The notes beneath the pieces were generated by a model. That model was not told where the DNA came from. It saw only the letters and a program-made list of their open reading frames with translations, and did no database searches. From positions 1-64,000 of the IMG/VR virus record IMGVR_UViG_3300031999_000008: a DNA stretch of 64,000 nucleotides; one strand, 5' to 3'. Positions 1 through 11,000 of the stretch are shown here, in pieces (within the stretch, counting starts at the first letter, position 1; each line of letters starts with the position of its first letter). Both the position numbers and the translations under genes were made by a program. Origin of the DNA: a virus.

Positions 1-1
1 C

Positions 2-562
2 CTTACGCTTGAAAAGCGCGCAGACGCGTACAGCCGACTGTACACCGCGGCCAAGCGTTGCAATGTACAGCTCACGCCTCTGTCGCTGAAGTTTGCGGGG
101 GCTACAATATCCAACACGCACACCTTACGTGATTGGCTTGATGCGCGTACGGAAGCTGCACCGACAATCGTACAAAAAGCAGCGTACGCGAAACTCGCCG
201 AAGCCACGTACAACATGCCTAGCAATATTACCAATCGCGCGGACCTCGTAAAGGTCGCCTCTACGATTGCACAAATTGATAAGCAAGCCGGACTTGATAA
301 GTTCTACGGTAAGAAATTACCCGACCCGCTTCTGACAGTATTCAATACTGAAAAAGTAGCGGAAGCAACGTGTGACGTAGCCGGCATGCCCGTGCCTGCG
401 TCCACGCTGATGTCGCTACCGCCCCAAATATGGGACCAGATTGACGCTGCTGAAATCGGTGCCGTCGCGCAGAGCGGCGACCCTGATCAATTTCAACAGG
501 TGTTTGCGACTCTTCCTTTAGATGCCAAGATGGTTCTGCGAGAACAACTTGGGCATGTCTGA
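2..562 (+). CDS. Partial (5'-truncated) head-associated protein with K-x-A motifs
   Basis: Frame is open from base 2 (LTLEKRADAY...) into the listed ORF 215..562; carries KRA, KFA, KAA, KLA, KVA motifs. Confidence 0.7.
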   Translation, partial: LTLEKRADAYSRLYTAAKRCNVQLTPLSLKFAGATISNTHTLRDWLDARTEAAPTIVQKAAYAKLAEATYNMPSNITNRADLVKVASTIAQIDKQAGLDKFYGKKLPDPLLTVFNTEKVAEATCDVAGMPVPASTLMSLPPQIWDQIDAAEIGAVAQSGDPDQFQQVFATLPLDAKMVLREQLGHV

Positions 563-1247
563 GGCAAAAACTGCGGCGTTAGCAGCACTTCGCGACGACA
601 CGAGTTGTGCGAGCGCATGCCTCCATGCATTGACACATTTGTTTGAACGTAACTGGTTAAACTGGGAACCAGAAACGTTGTGGATTGAGCTCAAGCACTT
701 GGGGCTCGATGTACCCGTACTCAATCGCAGTCAGATCATGGCAGGCAGGTCGCTTATTACGACCGGTCGCTTTTGGTACGACGCTAATGCCTTTGAGGTA
801 GCATGCATCGCATTCAATCAGCAGATACCGACTTATTTTGGCGCTGAAGACGCCCCTGTTGTATACATTAATTGGGCTGTGTTTGAAGCCGATTTAATAC
901 ATCGAGACTTCGAGCATGAGAGTCTGGATTTCGATAGAGAACCGATTTGCTATACAGCGGTTCAATTATATCGAGAAGGCTTTGTTATTGCGCCGCCTAT
1001 GTTAGAGATGGCCCAAGCAGAGCTAACTAAGCGCCTACCTAAAGAAGCGGGTGCGCTGGCGGCTACCGTGCGTGAGGCCTGGGCTGCAGCACCGAGAGGC
1101 GAAGCGCTCTCCAATGCGGCATACCCAGAAACTCCCGCAGGTGTGCAGCTTGCACGGCTCGCAGTTGTACAGCTGTATTTTGAGAAGCGCCTACGTTTGC
1201 GAGAGCAACAACTAGCGCCCCTCAAAAACGCTTCTACGGCGACATAG
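555..1247 (+). CDS. Hypothetical phage protein upstream of the terminase region
   Basis: ATG at 555 overlaps the previous stop; begins MSEAKTAAL. Confidence 0.7.
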   Translation: MSEAKTAALAALRDDTSCASACLHALTHLFERNWLNWEPETLWIELKHLGLDVPVLNRSQIMAGRSLITTGRFWYDANAFEVACIAFNQQIPTYFGAEDAPVVYINWAVFEADLIHRDFEHESLDFDREPICYTAVQLYREGFVIAPPMLEMAQAELTKRLPKEAGALAATVREAWAAAPRGEALSNAAYPETPAGVQLARLAVVQLYFEKRLRLREQQLAPLKNASTAT

Positions 1248-2520
1248 GGTCCGAGTCCGTAATGAGGTTTGCGCTCTTCTTGTACTCGCGCATTGTGTCA
1301 ATAATGAACTTCATCTTGGCCTGGTACGGCTTTTGTTTAGCCAGTGCCGCCGAAAGCTTGTTCAAATACTTGTCCCCGTCGGTACCCTTGATTTTGCTCT
1401 GTTCGGACAGATGCTGTCCGACAAAGGGTGACAAGAGTTCATTGGGGATATCGCCCATGTACAACGCCAGTTGCGGCGCAATCTTTACAGGGTCAGGCAT
1501 GCCGCTGAACAGCTCGACTGCCAGACCCTTATTGAGCTCGCTGATAACGCTGGCGCGGTTCTTGGCCTTGCTTTCCTTTTCGACAAACTCATTGGTGTCT
1601 TTGTCGATTCGGAAGTTGAGGACAGTCGCCACACGTGTGCGTACCTGCGAACGATGAAGATACTCGTGGAGGATCTCCACCGGCTGAATAAGCGTATTCT
1701 GATCGGCCACGAAGTCCATAAACTTGTCTGCCGCGATATTGCCGATCTGGCCGGCAACTAGCGTGCGTACGTGGCTGTCTGCAATATCGAGCCGTATGCG
1801 CTCGGCCGCAAGCAGGATGTTAGAAGCTTTTTCCCAGTTGGATGGACAGGGAAAGGCTTTGCCCGCATCACGCGCACCCATGTCGTAGAGGTACGTAGAG
1901 GCGGCCTTGAGGAACGCAGGTACCAAACGGTGCCAGTTAGATTCCTTAGCATGTGCTAGGAATGCCTGGAGATCGTGTGTACAATACACAAAGTTGAGAC
2001 GCTTACGGATTGCGTGGTCCTTCTCAGCTTCGTTTACGAGGTAACTGCCGTCGCTGGGGTTCATCGCCGCGACAACCAACACATTCGGGTGTAGTTTGAA
2101 GTTGTGTACGCGACGCTCATCCGTAAGGGTAAACAAAGCATTAACCATCGCTTTGTCACCACGGTTCCACTCATCGAGAAATAGGACGGAACAGCCGTCA
2201 TCTATGGCATGCTGGTTTAGGTCCAACAACCATTGTGGGGGAACGAAGTCGAACGAATCCCCCTTCTCGCTGAACATGATCATCGACACTTCTTCTTGTG
2301 TCATGTGCCCAAAATTCAGCGGATACATGAACCCTTTCTTACTACGGCACCACTGGTGCACGATAGGGGTCTTTCCGATGCCTGTTTCACCAACTAGACA
2401 CACCGTAAGTTTGGGGTCCATAGCCCAAACAATGTCGAGTAACTTGGGGACCGAGCCGATGCCCGTTGGTCCGATACCTAGCTTCTCCCACGGTGACACT
2501 GAATCTTTTTTGTCAGCCAT
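1234..2520 (-). CDS. MoxR-like AAA+ ATPase
   Basis: Walker A GETGIGKT, Walker B LFLDEWNR, sensor VVAAMNP, arginine finger AIRKR. Confidence 0.85.
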   Translation of the reverse strand: MADKKDSVSPWEKLGIGPTGIGSVPKLLDIVWAMDPKLTVCLVGETGIGKTPIVHQWCRSKKGFMYPLNFGHMTQEEVSMIMFSEKGDSFDFVPPQWLLDLNQHAIDDGCSVLFLDEWNRGDKAMVNALFTLTDERRVHNFKLHPNVLVVAAMNPSDGSYLVNEAEKDHAIRKRLNFVYCTHDLQAFLAHAKESNWHRLVPAFLKAASTYLYDMGARDAGKAFPCPSNWEKASNILLAAERIRLDIADSHVRTLVAGQIGNIAADKFMDFVADQNTLIQPVEILHEYLHRSQVRTRVATVLNFRIDKDTNEFVEKESKAKNRASVISELNKGLAVELFSGMPDPVKIAPQLALYMGDIPNELLSPFVGQHLSEQSKIKGTDGDKYLNKLSAALAKQKPYQAKMKFIIDTMREYKKSANLITDSDPMSP

Positions 2521-2545
2521 AAACCCCTGCTATCCTGTTTAATCA

Positions 2546-4225
2546 ATGCAAGTAAAACATGCGCTGCCAGATCAGAACTTATCCATCAGGCGTTCAGAAT
2601 GGGTAACTACTTTATTGCATCTTGACGGTAAACCTTTTTCACTAGATCATTTCCCCTTTTACCGTCAAGTGTACGATAACCTGTATCCGGCGCTTTTGCT
2701 GAAGACAGCGCGACAGGTCGCAAAAAGTACGACGCTTGCAAACTTCTTGATCATGGAAGCGTGTAGCACGCCGCACTGGAAGAGTTTCTTCATTGCGCCT
2801 AGTCAGGAACAGACGACGAAGTTTTCCCAAACCCGTGTCGGCAAGACAATATTCTACTCTCCAGATATACGTAAGCGTTGGGTATCCAAAGAACTCTCCA
2901 GCCGTGTATTCCAGAAAATGTTTACCAACGGATCTGAGTTGGCATTTTCGTATGCGAGTGATGACCCTGACCGTGCCCGTGGTGTTTCGGCCGACCGCGT
3001 CGCTTACGACGAAGTACAAGATATCATGTATGACGAGGTTATTCCCGTCATTAACGAATGTATGGCGAACTCCGATTTCGCCTATGAGACTTATTGCGGT
3101 ACGCCTAAATCAATGGAAAATACCATTGAACAACTATGGCAGTGGAGTACCCAAACTGAATGGGTAATCAAATGCACTGGCTGTAATACGTACCAGTTCT
3201 TTGAAGATGACAAATGTTTAGGTAAACACGGCCCTATTTGCCTGAAATGCGGCAAGTACCTTAACGTACGTAATGGCGAGTGGGTAGACATGCGGGTCTA
3301 CCCCAACGACTACGAAGGAAAGCGCATTAAAGGATTCCACGTACCTCAGGTAATTCTACCTAAGAACGTGCCAACCTCCATGCCCTCTGATTTCAAAAAT
3401 CAAGAAGTGGCACAAGCGCGATGGCGCCGTATTATTGAGAAGCATGCCGTTTATCCCATCTCCAAGTTCAAGAACGAGGTGATGGGCGTCTCGGACGCTA
3501 TCGGTACTCGCTTACTTTCTAAAGAAGAATTAGAGAGTATGTGCGAGGAATACGATATCCAAGACTACCCCGCGCATAACCTCTTACTCACGGACTTGCG
3601 TGCTGTCGTGGCCGGCGTCGATTGGTCAGGCGGCGGCACCACAGGTGCATCCCGTTCTGTCTTGTGGATCTGGGGCATTACGGGTGGCGGTACGGAGCAC
3701 AGCTTCAAGCTGAAGACGTTGTACTTCAAAATATACCCTGAGACGAACCCCATATCCGGTGGCGTCATTGACCATATCGTGGATATGTGCGGACGGTTTA
3801 ACGTACAGCTGATATTCGGTGACGCAGGTGAAGGCGCTCTCGCGAACTCCAATCTGCGCGAACGCTTAGGTCCACACAGAGCAATGCAGGTGCAGTACCG
3901 CGGCGTTTCGAGCGCAGGCGGCGGTGGTAATTCGCGCCCGTTCTACTGGAACAAAATAGATCGATTCCTTGCGGAACGTACGACAATGATCGATCACTAC
4001 TTCATGTTCATCAAGCGTAGAGGCGTGATTTTTCCGAACCTTCGTTGTATGCAAATCCCTATTCGGGACCTGCTAAATGAATACGAAGAAGTTACGCTGC
4101 AAGGCCGTAAAGTGTGGAGACATGCGCCCTCCCAGCCTGACGACTGTCTGCACGCACAAGTCTTCGGCTGGATGGCCGCGAAGATGATGACCATGGATCC
4201 GTTGTTCACGTACAACGGAGGATAA
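2546..4225 (+). CDS. terL: Terminase large subunit (lambda GpA-like, with Zn finger)
   Basis: ARQVAKST Walker A, VAYDEVQD Walker B, GTP motif III, CxxC..CxxC, nuclease AGVDWS and PDDCLHA. Confidence 0.9.
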   Translation: MQVKHALPDQNLSIRRSEWVTTLLHLDGKPFSLDHFPFYRQVYDNLYPALLLKTARQVAKSTTLANFLIMEACSTPHWKSFFIAPSQEQTTKFSQTRVGKTIFYSPDIRKRWVSKELSSRVFQKMFTNGSELAFSYASDDPDRARGVSADRVAYDEVQDIMYDEVIPVINECMANSDFAYETYCGTPKSMENTIEQLWQWSTQTEWVIKCTGCNTYQFFEDDKCLGKHGPICLKCGKYLNVRNGEWVDMRVYPNDYEGKRIKGFHVPQVILPKNVPTSMPSDFKNQEVAQARWRRIIEKHAVYPISKFKNEVMGVSDAIGTRLLSKEELESMCEEYDIQDYPAHNLLLTDLRAVVAGVDWSGGGTTGASRSVLWIWGITGGGTEHSFKLKTLYFKIYPETNPISGGVIDHIVDMCGRFNVQLIFGDAGEGALANSNLRERLGPHRAMQVQYRGVSSAGGGGNSRPFYWNKIDRFLAERTTMIDHYFMFIKRRGVIFPNLRCMQIPIRDLLNEYEEVTLQGRKVWRHAPSQPDDCLHAQVFGWMAAKMMTMDPLFTYNGG

Positions 4226-4229
4226 AAAA

Positions 4230-4365
4230 TGAGTAGCGTCCTATTAACCGCCCAACGCCAAGGCGTCGTAAATCAACACAGACCACGAAACTCTCTTCAA
4301 CACAAACCATTTGCGTCGGAGGGAGAAAAGGAGGGGTTAGTGTTGAAGCCGGGATCGACTACTCA
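4230..4365 (-). ncRNA. Candidate structured small RNA (~135 nt)
   Basis: Terminal inverted repeat TGAGTAG..CTACTCA, inner stem CTTCAACAC/GTGTTGAAG, GACGCC/GGCGTT hairpin, early-type promoter immediately upstream, T-run downstream. Confidence 0.55.
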
Positions 4366-4370
4366 GATGC

Positions 4371-4394
4371 TTTTACCATAAAAGGTAATCTTTT
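4371..4394 (-). promoter_or_regulatory. Early-type promoter AAAA-N13-GGTAAAA
   Basis: Matches the motif at 58623, 59277 and 63789. Confidence 0.55.
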
Positions 4395-4926
4395 ATGATG
4401 CATCGTTTACTAGTTCAGGTGTCACCGCTAACGGTAATTTGGGCTTGAGCTGGTACAGTGCCATACGGTTATTGATCAAGAAGCCGGGATAGGCACCAAT
4501 CAAAACTTCGGCAGGCGGCTGTACAGAGCGAATGGCCGACTTCTTCAGGCGTAGTTTACGCGCCACATTGAAGATAGGCATAAGCTCAATGATCCCTGTT
4601 TTGTTATTGAACATCACAATGCAGGGGTCGATGAGCAAAACTTCATCGTCGTCTTCTTTGACGTTGATACCCATGATAGGCCCATCAGTGGTCGAGTAAA
4701 CCTCGATAGCATGCCCTGCAGCACAAAAACCATTGTCCTTTACCAGGGCGAATTCCACGTAGCTACGTTTGTGCATCTCCCCTGTCTTAACCCAGTCAAC
4801 GACCAACTGACCGTTCACGGTACTCGCCTTTGACTCCCACGCGGGTTCGGTATCGGTAGCGACGCCATACCGAAACTCTATACCAAACTTTTCAAATGTT
4901 TTGGTCTCAAGCTGCCTCGAAAGCAT
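4393..4926 (-). CDS. Hypothetical protein (C-terminal Sm/SH3-like beta domain possible)
   Basis: ORF follows the DNA polymerase; start uncertain (4926, 4953 or 4962). Confidence 0.65.
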   Translation of the reverse strand: MLSRQLETKTFEKFGIEFRYGVATDTEPAWESKASTVNGQLVVDWVKTGEMHKRSYVEFALVKDNGFCAAGHAIEVYSTTDGPIMGINVKEDDDEVLLIDPCIVMFNNKTGIIELMPIFNVARKLRLKKSAIRSVQPPAEVLIGAYPGFLINNRMALYQLKPKLPLAVTPELVNDAS

Positions 4927-7900
4927 CGTTTCGGAGTTCTGTGAGTAGCTCATTTTCTTCAATCACTCCCTCGGGTTGAATCAGTAATGGGTGCTTGGCT
5001 AGATACTTTGCAATTGACTGGCACTCACCATAGTTCTCACCGATTTCAGTATCGGCTTCAAACGGTACTGCCATCCAGGCGTATTTGTCGGCAACGCGCT
5101 TCTTAGCGTAGTGCTCGACAAAGTCATGGAGCTGGCCAATATGCCTCTTGGGAAGCTGGAACGCAATAGAGTCGTGAACCGTAAGCAGCATACGTCCGCC
5201 TAGGTCACAACGTAGGGGCTCTTCCATTTCAATAAGCTGTCCGATGACAATATCAGAGCTCGTGGACTGAATTTTGAAGTTACGGCCCTGGCGTTTGGCA
5301 CGTCCGGCGTGTCGAGAAATACCTGCCAAGGGGAACCGACGGCGACGCCCAAAGAAAGTCTCTACGAAATGGTCCCGTGCTACTTCGAGCTCAACGTTAG
5401 TCGCGTAAAGCGCGATCTCCGGGAACATCTGGTAGAGCAGCGCGATGAGTACCTTGGCTTCATCAACGCTCACGCCAATGGTCTCCGAGATCTTCTCAGG
5501 GCCTGCGCCATAGAGAATCCCGAACACCACGCGTTTAATGTTGCTGCGCTCTTGGTCTAGGAGCTTGCGTAGAGCTCCATCAGGAATAAATACGGCGTCG
5601 TCCCTGCGTGCGTACATCTCGTAGGGACGCTTAAATACTTTAGCCGCGAAGAAGCTGTGCATATCCATGCCGTCATTGAGGGCTTGGATAAGCGCAGGGT
5701 CTCGGGCGTAGGCGCAGAAAACACGGACCTCAGCGCCCTTGTAGTCCATGTTGACGAAAACCATGCTGTCGTCGTCGGGTAGAAATAGTTTCTTGAGGTT
5801 CCAACCTGCCAAGAACTTGGGCAGGTTTTGCATATTCATATCACTGGAGCTCAACCGCCCCGTACCCGTTCCGTTCAAATGGAACTGGGTATGTAGAAAC
5901 CCGTCGCGCTTAGACAGCGCTCGAATGTTGGCCAAGAAAGTATTACGCGCTTTACTGGCCTTGCGGTACTTGATCAACCGCTCAATGAAATACGCCGTCT
6001 CCGTAGGGCACTGCTTTTTGTCATCTTCGTACGCAACGAACTGTCGTAGTATTTTCTCAGAGGTACTTGCTTGACCCTTCTTGGTGTACGCAAGTATTTC
6101 GTACGCATCCATCTTCTTGCCGTTGGGGTGCGTCCAGCCCCAATTGTACAAGACGTTGGCTAGCGTAGCAGCGCCGTTCAAATTGATCTCTTTACCGGGA
6201 GGAGCGCTGTCGCGCGTCATCTCGTAAAGCTCTTTTTCTGTCTTCTCAATAACGTTGGTAAACGCTTCTTCGAGAACGTCAATATACGGAATGTCGACCC
6301 GCATGCCGCCAAATTCCATGCGTCCCAATACACGGGACGCCGGGACGGCGTGGCTCTTCATAAGCGGTACAACCTTGGATTGCTCCTTGGCAATACGGCG
6401 CCGCTGAAGACGGGCAAGCTGGCGTGTCACGTCACCATCGACAGCACCGTAGATCTGCAGATCGTGGATAGGCAGGTTCTCAAACCCTGCATCTTTGCTG
6501 ATCTGCTGCTCTTTCTTGGAGCGGGGATCTTCCGGCTTCTTGGGCTCTTTTACAGCCGCGGGCTTCTCCGGCTTAGAGAACCACTTCACAGGTTTCTTAG
6601 GCTTGCCGCGTTTACCCTTAGGCCAGTCCGATACCTCTACATCCCAAGCCGCCTGCTTGCCTGCCAAGGCAGATTTACAGAACAAATAGTCGTCGTAGGC
6701 AAACTGGTACGCCTTATCGGCAACATCAAATATTTGCTTATCCGCTTCGTAAACAACGAGGGCTTCTTTGTACTCTTCAAGAGACTTGAGATAGCCAGGG
6801 TGCTCCGTTGCGATGATCTCACGGAGGTCTTCTAATTCTTTCTCCGCCTCATCGACTTTAGACGCGCTCTCTTCGTCATTGAGCAAGTCGTACAGTTTGT
6901 CTTCGTACCCGCAGTACTGGGGCAAAAAGTTGGCTGTGAGTACCTTCAGGCCGTAATTGCCCTTCTTGTCCTCATCAAGCAAATGCTCACCCAACAAGGT
7001 ATCCCACGCCACGGCATTCACGGGCATACCGTATTTGAGCTCAATGAACTTCAAATCGAATTTCGCGTTGTGAAGAATCTTTGGCTTCGTGCTAGCCAGG
7101 ATCTCGCGAATCTTCGCGGTGAGCTCAGGCAACCGCGCCAAGTATTCTTCACCCGCATGTGGATGGTCGTAAAGAATAGTCGCGGACTTACCCGCGTCCC
7201 ACCCAAAACAAAACGCAATAATGCGCGCCCCTTCCTTCTCAGGATAGAGCGTTGTTGTTTCAGTATCTACCGAGATGGACCAGTGTGCTGCAGGGACTGT
7301 GGCACTGCCGTAATTTAGGATTACGTCACACGCAGCTAGTGCGTCATCCATCGTCTTGGGCAGTAAATAGTCCTTGGACACTTCTTCCAGAGGAAGTGCA
7401 AGAATGCCCTTGTTCACTACTTTATCAAATATATTGATTAGGTTTAGCTTGAACGTCTCAAACACACCCGGAGCTGCTAGCAGCGCCTTTTCACTAAACG
7501 TGGTGTAGATGGGTGCGTTGTACCCGAGATGCGTCGTGAACTTATTACGTATGTCGTTGTACTGCTGCTTCACGCCTAGCTGGCGTAGTGCAGTAGAACC
7601 CATCGCGACAATTACCTTGGGGTTGAACCGCTGTATCGTACCCTGTAGATAGGGACGACAGTGGTGCACCACTTCTTTGTTTGGCGCAGCCGTCTCATCT
7701 TCGGTCTCGGAAATACATTGAACTGCGTAGGTAAACGCATAGCGCAGTTCTTTGTAGCGCTTGTCCGATCCTATTACGGCCTTGAGCGCAGTAGTCAGTA
7801 CTTTGCCGCCATGGCCGGCCATCGGCGTGCCCGCGTCCACTGACGCTCTATCGGGCTGCTCTGCAATAAATAGGACGTCTACTTCAGCGTCAATTTTAGA

Positions 7901-8005
7901 ACTGCCACACCGCTTACTAGGATGTCGGGGACAGCCATTGCAAATCTGGCCTTTATGCTCAAGGGATAAGCCCTCTTCTAGCCCCTGGTCAGGTTCTGTA
8001 GACAT
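4907..8005 (-). CDS. polA: Family A DNA polymerase with N-terminal UDG-like domain and 3'-5' exonuclease
   Basis: Exo I SVDTETT, Exo II HNAKFD, Exo III YGAVD; TGRLSS; motif A DYKGAEVR, motif B KRVVFGILYG, motif C VHDS; N-terminal UDG family-4-like CxxC/LFIAEQP/PKVIVAMG. Confidence 0.93.
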   Translation of the reverse strand: MSTEPDQGLEEGLSLEHKGQICNGCPRHPSKRCGSSKIDAEVDVLFIAEQPDRASVDAGTPMAGHGGKVLTTALKAVIGSDKRYKELRYAFTYAVQCISETEDETAAPNKEVVHHCRPYLQGTIQRFNPKVIVAMGSTALRQLGVKQQYNDIRNKFTTHLGYNAPIYTTFSEKALLAAPGVFETFKLNLINIFDKVVNKGILALPLEEVSKDYLLPKTMDDALAACDVILNYGSATVPAAHWSISVDTETTTLYPEKEGARIIAFCFGWDAGKSATILYDHPHAGEEYLARLPELTAKIREILASTKPKILHNAKFDLKFIELKYGMPVNAVAWDTLLGEHLLDEDKKGNYGLKVLTANFLPQYCGYEDKLYDLLNDEESASKVDEAEKELEDLREIIATEHPGYLKSLEEYKEALVVYEADKQIFDVADKAYQFAYDDYLFCKSALAGKQAAWDVEVSDWPKGKRGKPKKPVKWFSKPEKPAAVKEPKKPEDPRSKKEQQISKDAGFENLPIHDLQIYGAVDGDVTRQLARLQRRRIAKEQSKVVPLMKSHAVPASRVLGRMEFGGMRVDIPYIDVLEEAFTNVIEKTEKELYEMTRDSAPPGKEINLNGAATLANVLYNWGWTHPNGKKMDAYEILAYTKKGQASTSEKILRQFVAYEDDKKQCPTETAYFIERLIKYRKASKARNTFLANIRALSKRDGFLHTQFHLNGTGTGRLSSSDMNMQNLPKFLAGWNLKKLFLPDDDSMVFVNMDYKGAEVRVFCAYARDPALIQALNDGMDMHSFFAAKVFKRPYEMYARRDDAVFIPDGALRKLLDQERSNIKRVVFGILYGAGPEKISETIGVSVDEAKVLIALLYQMFPEIALYATNVELEVARDHFVETFFGRRRRFPLAGISRHAGRAKRQGRNFKIQSTSSDIVIGQLIEMEEPLRCDLGGRMLLTVHDSIAFQLPKRHIGQLHDFVEHYAKKRVADKYAWMAVPFEADTEIGENYGECQSIAKYLAKHPLLIQPEGVIEENELLTELRNDAFEAA

Positions 8006-11000
8006 CAATCAATTCCTTGCAGAGGATCTCCCTCGTCGATAGTGAACGGCTGCTTAATTGGAATGACCTCAGCGACTTCAGATACCTTACCATTGCGATC
8101 GAACGCTTCGGAATCTGCAATAGCCTTCCGATGTTTATCGATGAGGTTGCCTACGGAAATCAGGCTATAAACGTCTGACGAGCTGGTCATGCCTGCGGCC
8201 ATCAGCCGTGTAATAATGCCTAGTTTTGTAGCTTCCGCTTTATCAATCAACCACTCACCCGCAGTCTCTGCTTCAGACTTCAACGAGAAGGGTGTCTTCG
8301 TTCGGTACTGCGCATTCTTGAGCAGTGTCTGTTTTACCTCAGACCACATAATGCCAATGCACTGGGACCGCTCATCATAGTATACGCCCACTTTACTGGC
8401 GCTGATTTTGTCCCGCTGATTCTGATCCAGAAGCATGGACTTGATGTTGGTAAATTGATTAGGCTCGTCTTTGGCCGGAATAGGCGCGTTCAGGACCGTA
8501 TCAATAATGTTGTGTCCAGCAGTGCTTCGATTACGCTCGTAAACCTGCTGCTTACGCGTCTCACGATAGTCCTCGATAAACTTCTTACCGTCAACGCCAA
8601 ACGCGTCTAGGACCGCTGCCATCGGCATTAGGTTTTCCGTGAAACGGTCGACGTTCTGAATATTGATTGCACCGTCGCCTGCTTGGCGCCGACCAAACTG
8701 GTTGTACAGGTCAGAGTAGCGTTGCTTAACGCGAGGTGCCAAATGAAGGGAGTGTAGCAACACACTCAGGCGCAATTTCTCTATTTCCTCAAGGGAAAAG
8801 GCATTGCGTAATTCTAGGCGGACGTTGTTGTGGTTTGGATTCTTCTTGAGATTGATCGTGTTAAAACGACTCTCATCCATGGCATCCACAATGGGCGTAC
8901 CGCTAGCGGTGATCACATTATTCTGTAGGTGATACGCCCGACTCTGTCCCTCTACAGTACCTTGGCTGAGCGTAGCCTTACCCGCGGTGGCTAACGTACG
9001 GCAGCGCTGGTAGAACGTCTTCTTGTTACGCGAATCAGGGGACCCGTCATCGGGATCGTTCATCTCATCGAGCGCCGATACCAACCGGGTATTCGTGAAT
9101 ATCTGGTAAAAACCCGCCTGTGTAAAGCTGTCCAACGCAAGCGCGTGATCACACAACGAGAACTCGCGTAGCTGCGTATGGTTCGCTGTCACGGACAATA
9201 GCGTGGTCTTACCCGATTCAAACTGCGCCTGGTAATGTGTGAGCATGCGACGTCCGGTAATAACGTCGTACAGATGATTGTAAAATACGAGACCGGCACA
9301 GTACAAAGAGTCGACTTCCTGATTTCGGAAACCGAAGCCTGTATTGATTAACTTGTGCACCATTGTGAAGGTCTGGTGTGCCGTGTACGGCGGCCGTTGG
9401 GTAATGTCCGCTGCGCACTTTATTTGGTTCGTCCAACCGTGCTCCATATCCTCAATGAGGTTACGGCGGTGGTCTAGGTCAAATACGATGCCGTTATCAC
9501 TAGGCCCCTCTAACTCAGTAACAGTAGAAAGACTTGATAAATCAGCGGTCCACTTAAGGCGATAAACACGATTGCCATTAACAATATACCCTGGTTTTCC
9601 GACATCTACATTCTCCAGGTGAATGCCCTGACCCTTGATGAAACCACCCGCGTAGTCAACGGCCTCAGCAGAGAGCATGCTGTACGCGCGCTGTACATCC
9701 TTCTCAATCATCTCTTCGGACTTGTCCAGCGCCGTCTGGGCTGACTCAGGGTCGTCCACGGAGGGGAAGTACGAGGGAAGGCCAATTTCATCCCGTGCCC
9801 AGTAATAAAGACTGCCGCGGGTGGTATACCGTTTGAACTGGGTAATGGCCGCTTTGTGGTCCACTTGAACAGGCAGATACTGCTTGCGTGTTTTATTCCA
9901 TAGCTTGAGAACGCCCTGGTCACAGTCCCAGGTAGTCACTTGGTAATTGCTTCTAATCCAATCCGCTATTTTCTCGACAAACCCAAGCGCGGTATCGTCT
10001 TGCAATTGCGTCTTACGGAGCAAGTCCGTTGCAGGGACGGACGGACACATCCTCGCAAATTCTTCTGCGAAAACCTGGCGCTCTGCGTCATTACGCAGGA
10101 TCGTACTGAACTCGGTACCTACCTCTTGTAGGCCAATAATATTGTCTTGGTGAATACCCTTGATACGCGTCTTCGCGCGTTCAATACACCAACGCGTTGC
10201 GAATATGTAATTCTTGGGCTCACAGACTTCTTTAAATACAACGTCGAATCCGTGTACCTTAATAGCCTCATCCGGGTCGATCTTGCCAGGTACAGGATTA
10301 CGTATACGCTGAGGCCATTTAAATACCTGAACCGCAACACGGCGAGTCTTAGGCAACACACTCGCGGGATAGCTATCTCCCGCGGCATCGTCATCGCCCA
10401 TAAGGCGACACTCGGTGAAACCGAGGTCGGCCATGAAGTCTACGCCGTTGTGACCTGCTCCGCCCAAGGCAATCACAACTTCGTCGACATCAGGGCAGTT
10501 GGTGAGCATGCCCTGCGTCAGTGCTAACGCGTCGTGTTCGCCTTCAACAGCGATAAAGCGTGTTACCTTCTCGCTTGCGTAGTGTTTATAGAACGAGGAA
10601 GTAAGTACTCCAAAAGCACCGAGTTCCCCGCCTTCCTTAGGCCGCACAAACCGTACAGACGCTTTATCCGGCCCGGGAATACGTAGCTTAAAGGCGGATA
10701 CCTCGTCTGGAGAAACAGCGTACGTGTACGTAACGCAGTTCATGTAAGTGACATTTAAATAGTCACCAACAAGTCGCATGCACCAAGTAATATCCTCTTC
10801 GTTACCGCCCAACTGCGCGCACAGCTTTTGTAGATCAGTGGATGTTGGGAGCATGCCCAACGACCCCAACATGTCTACCGACGTAATTCCGCGCTGCTTG
10901 AGCCACGTAACGGTGTTCGCCGCATTCTGCGGTACTTTGTCAGCGAGCCATACCTTACATAGGTACTGGTGAAAAACCTCGTTCAACATCTTCATGCGAT

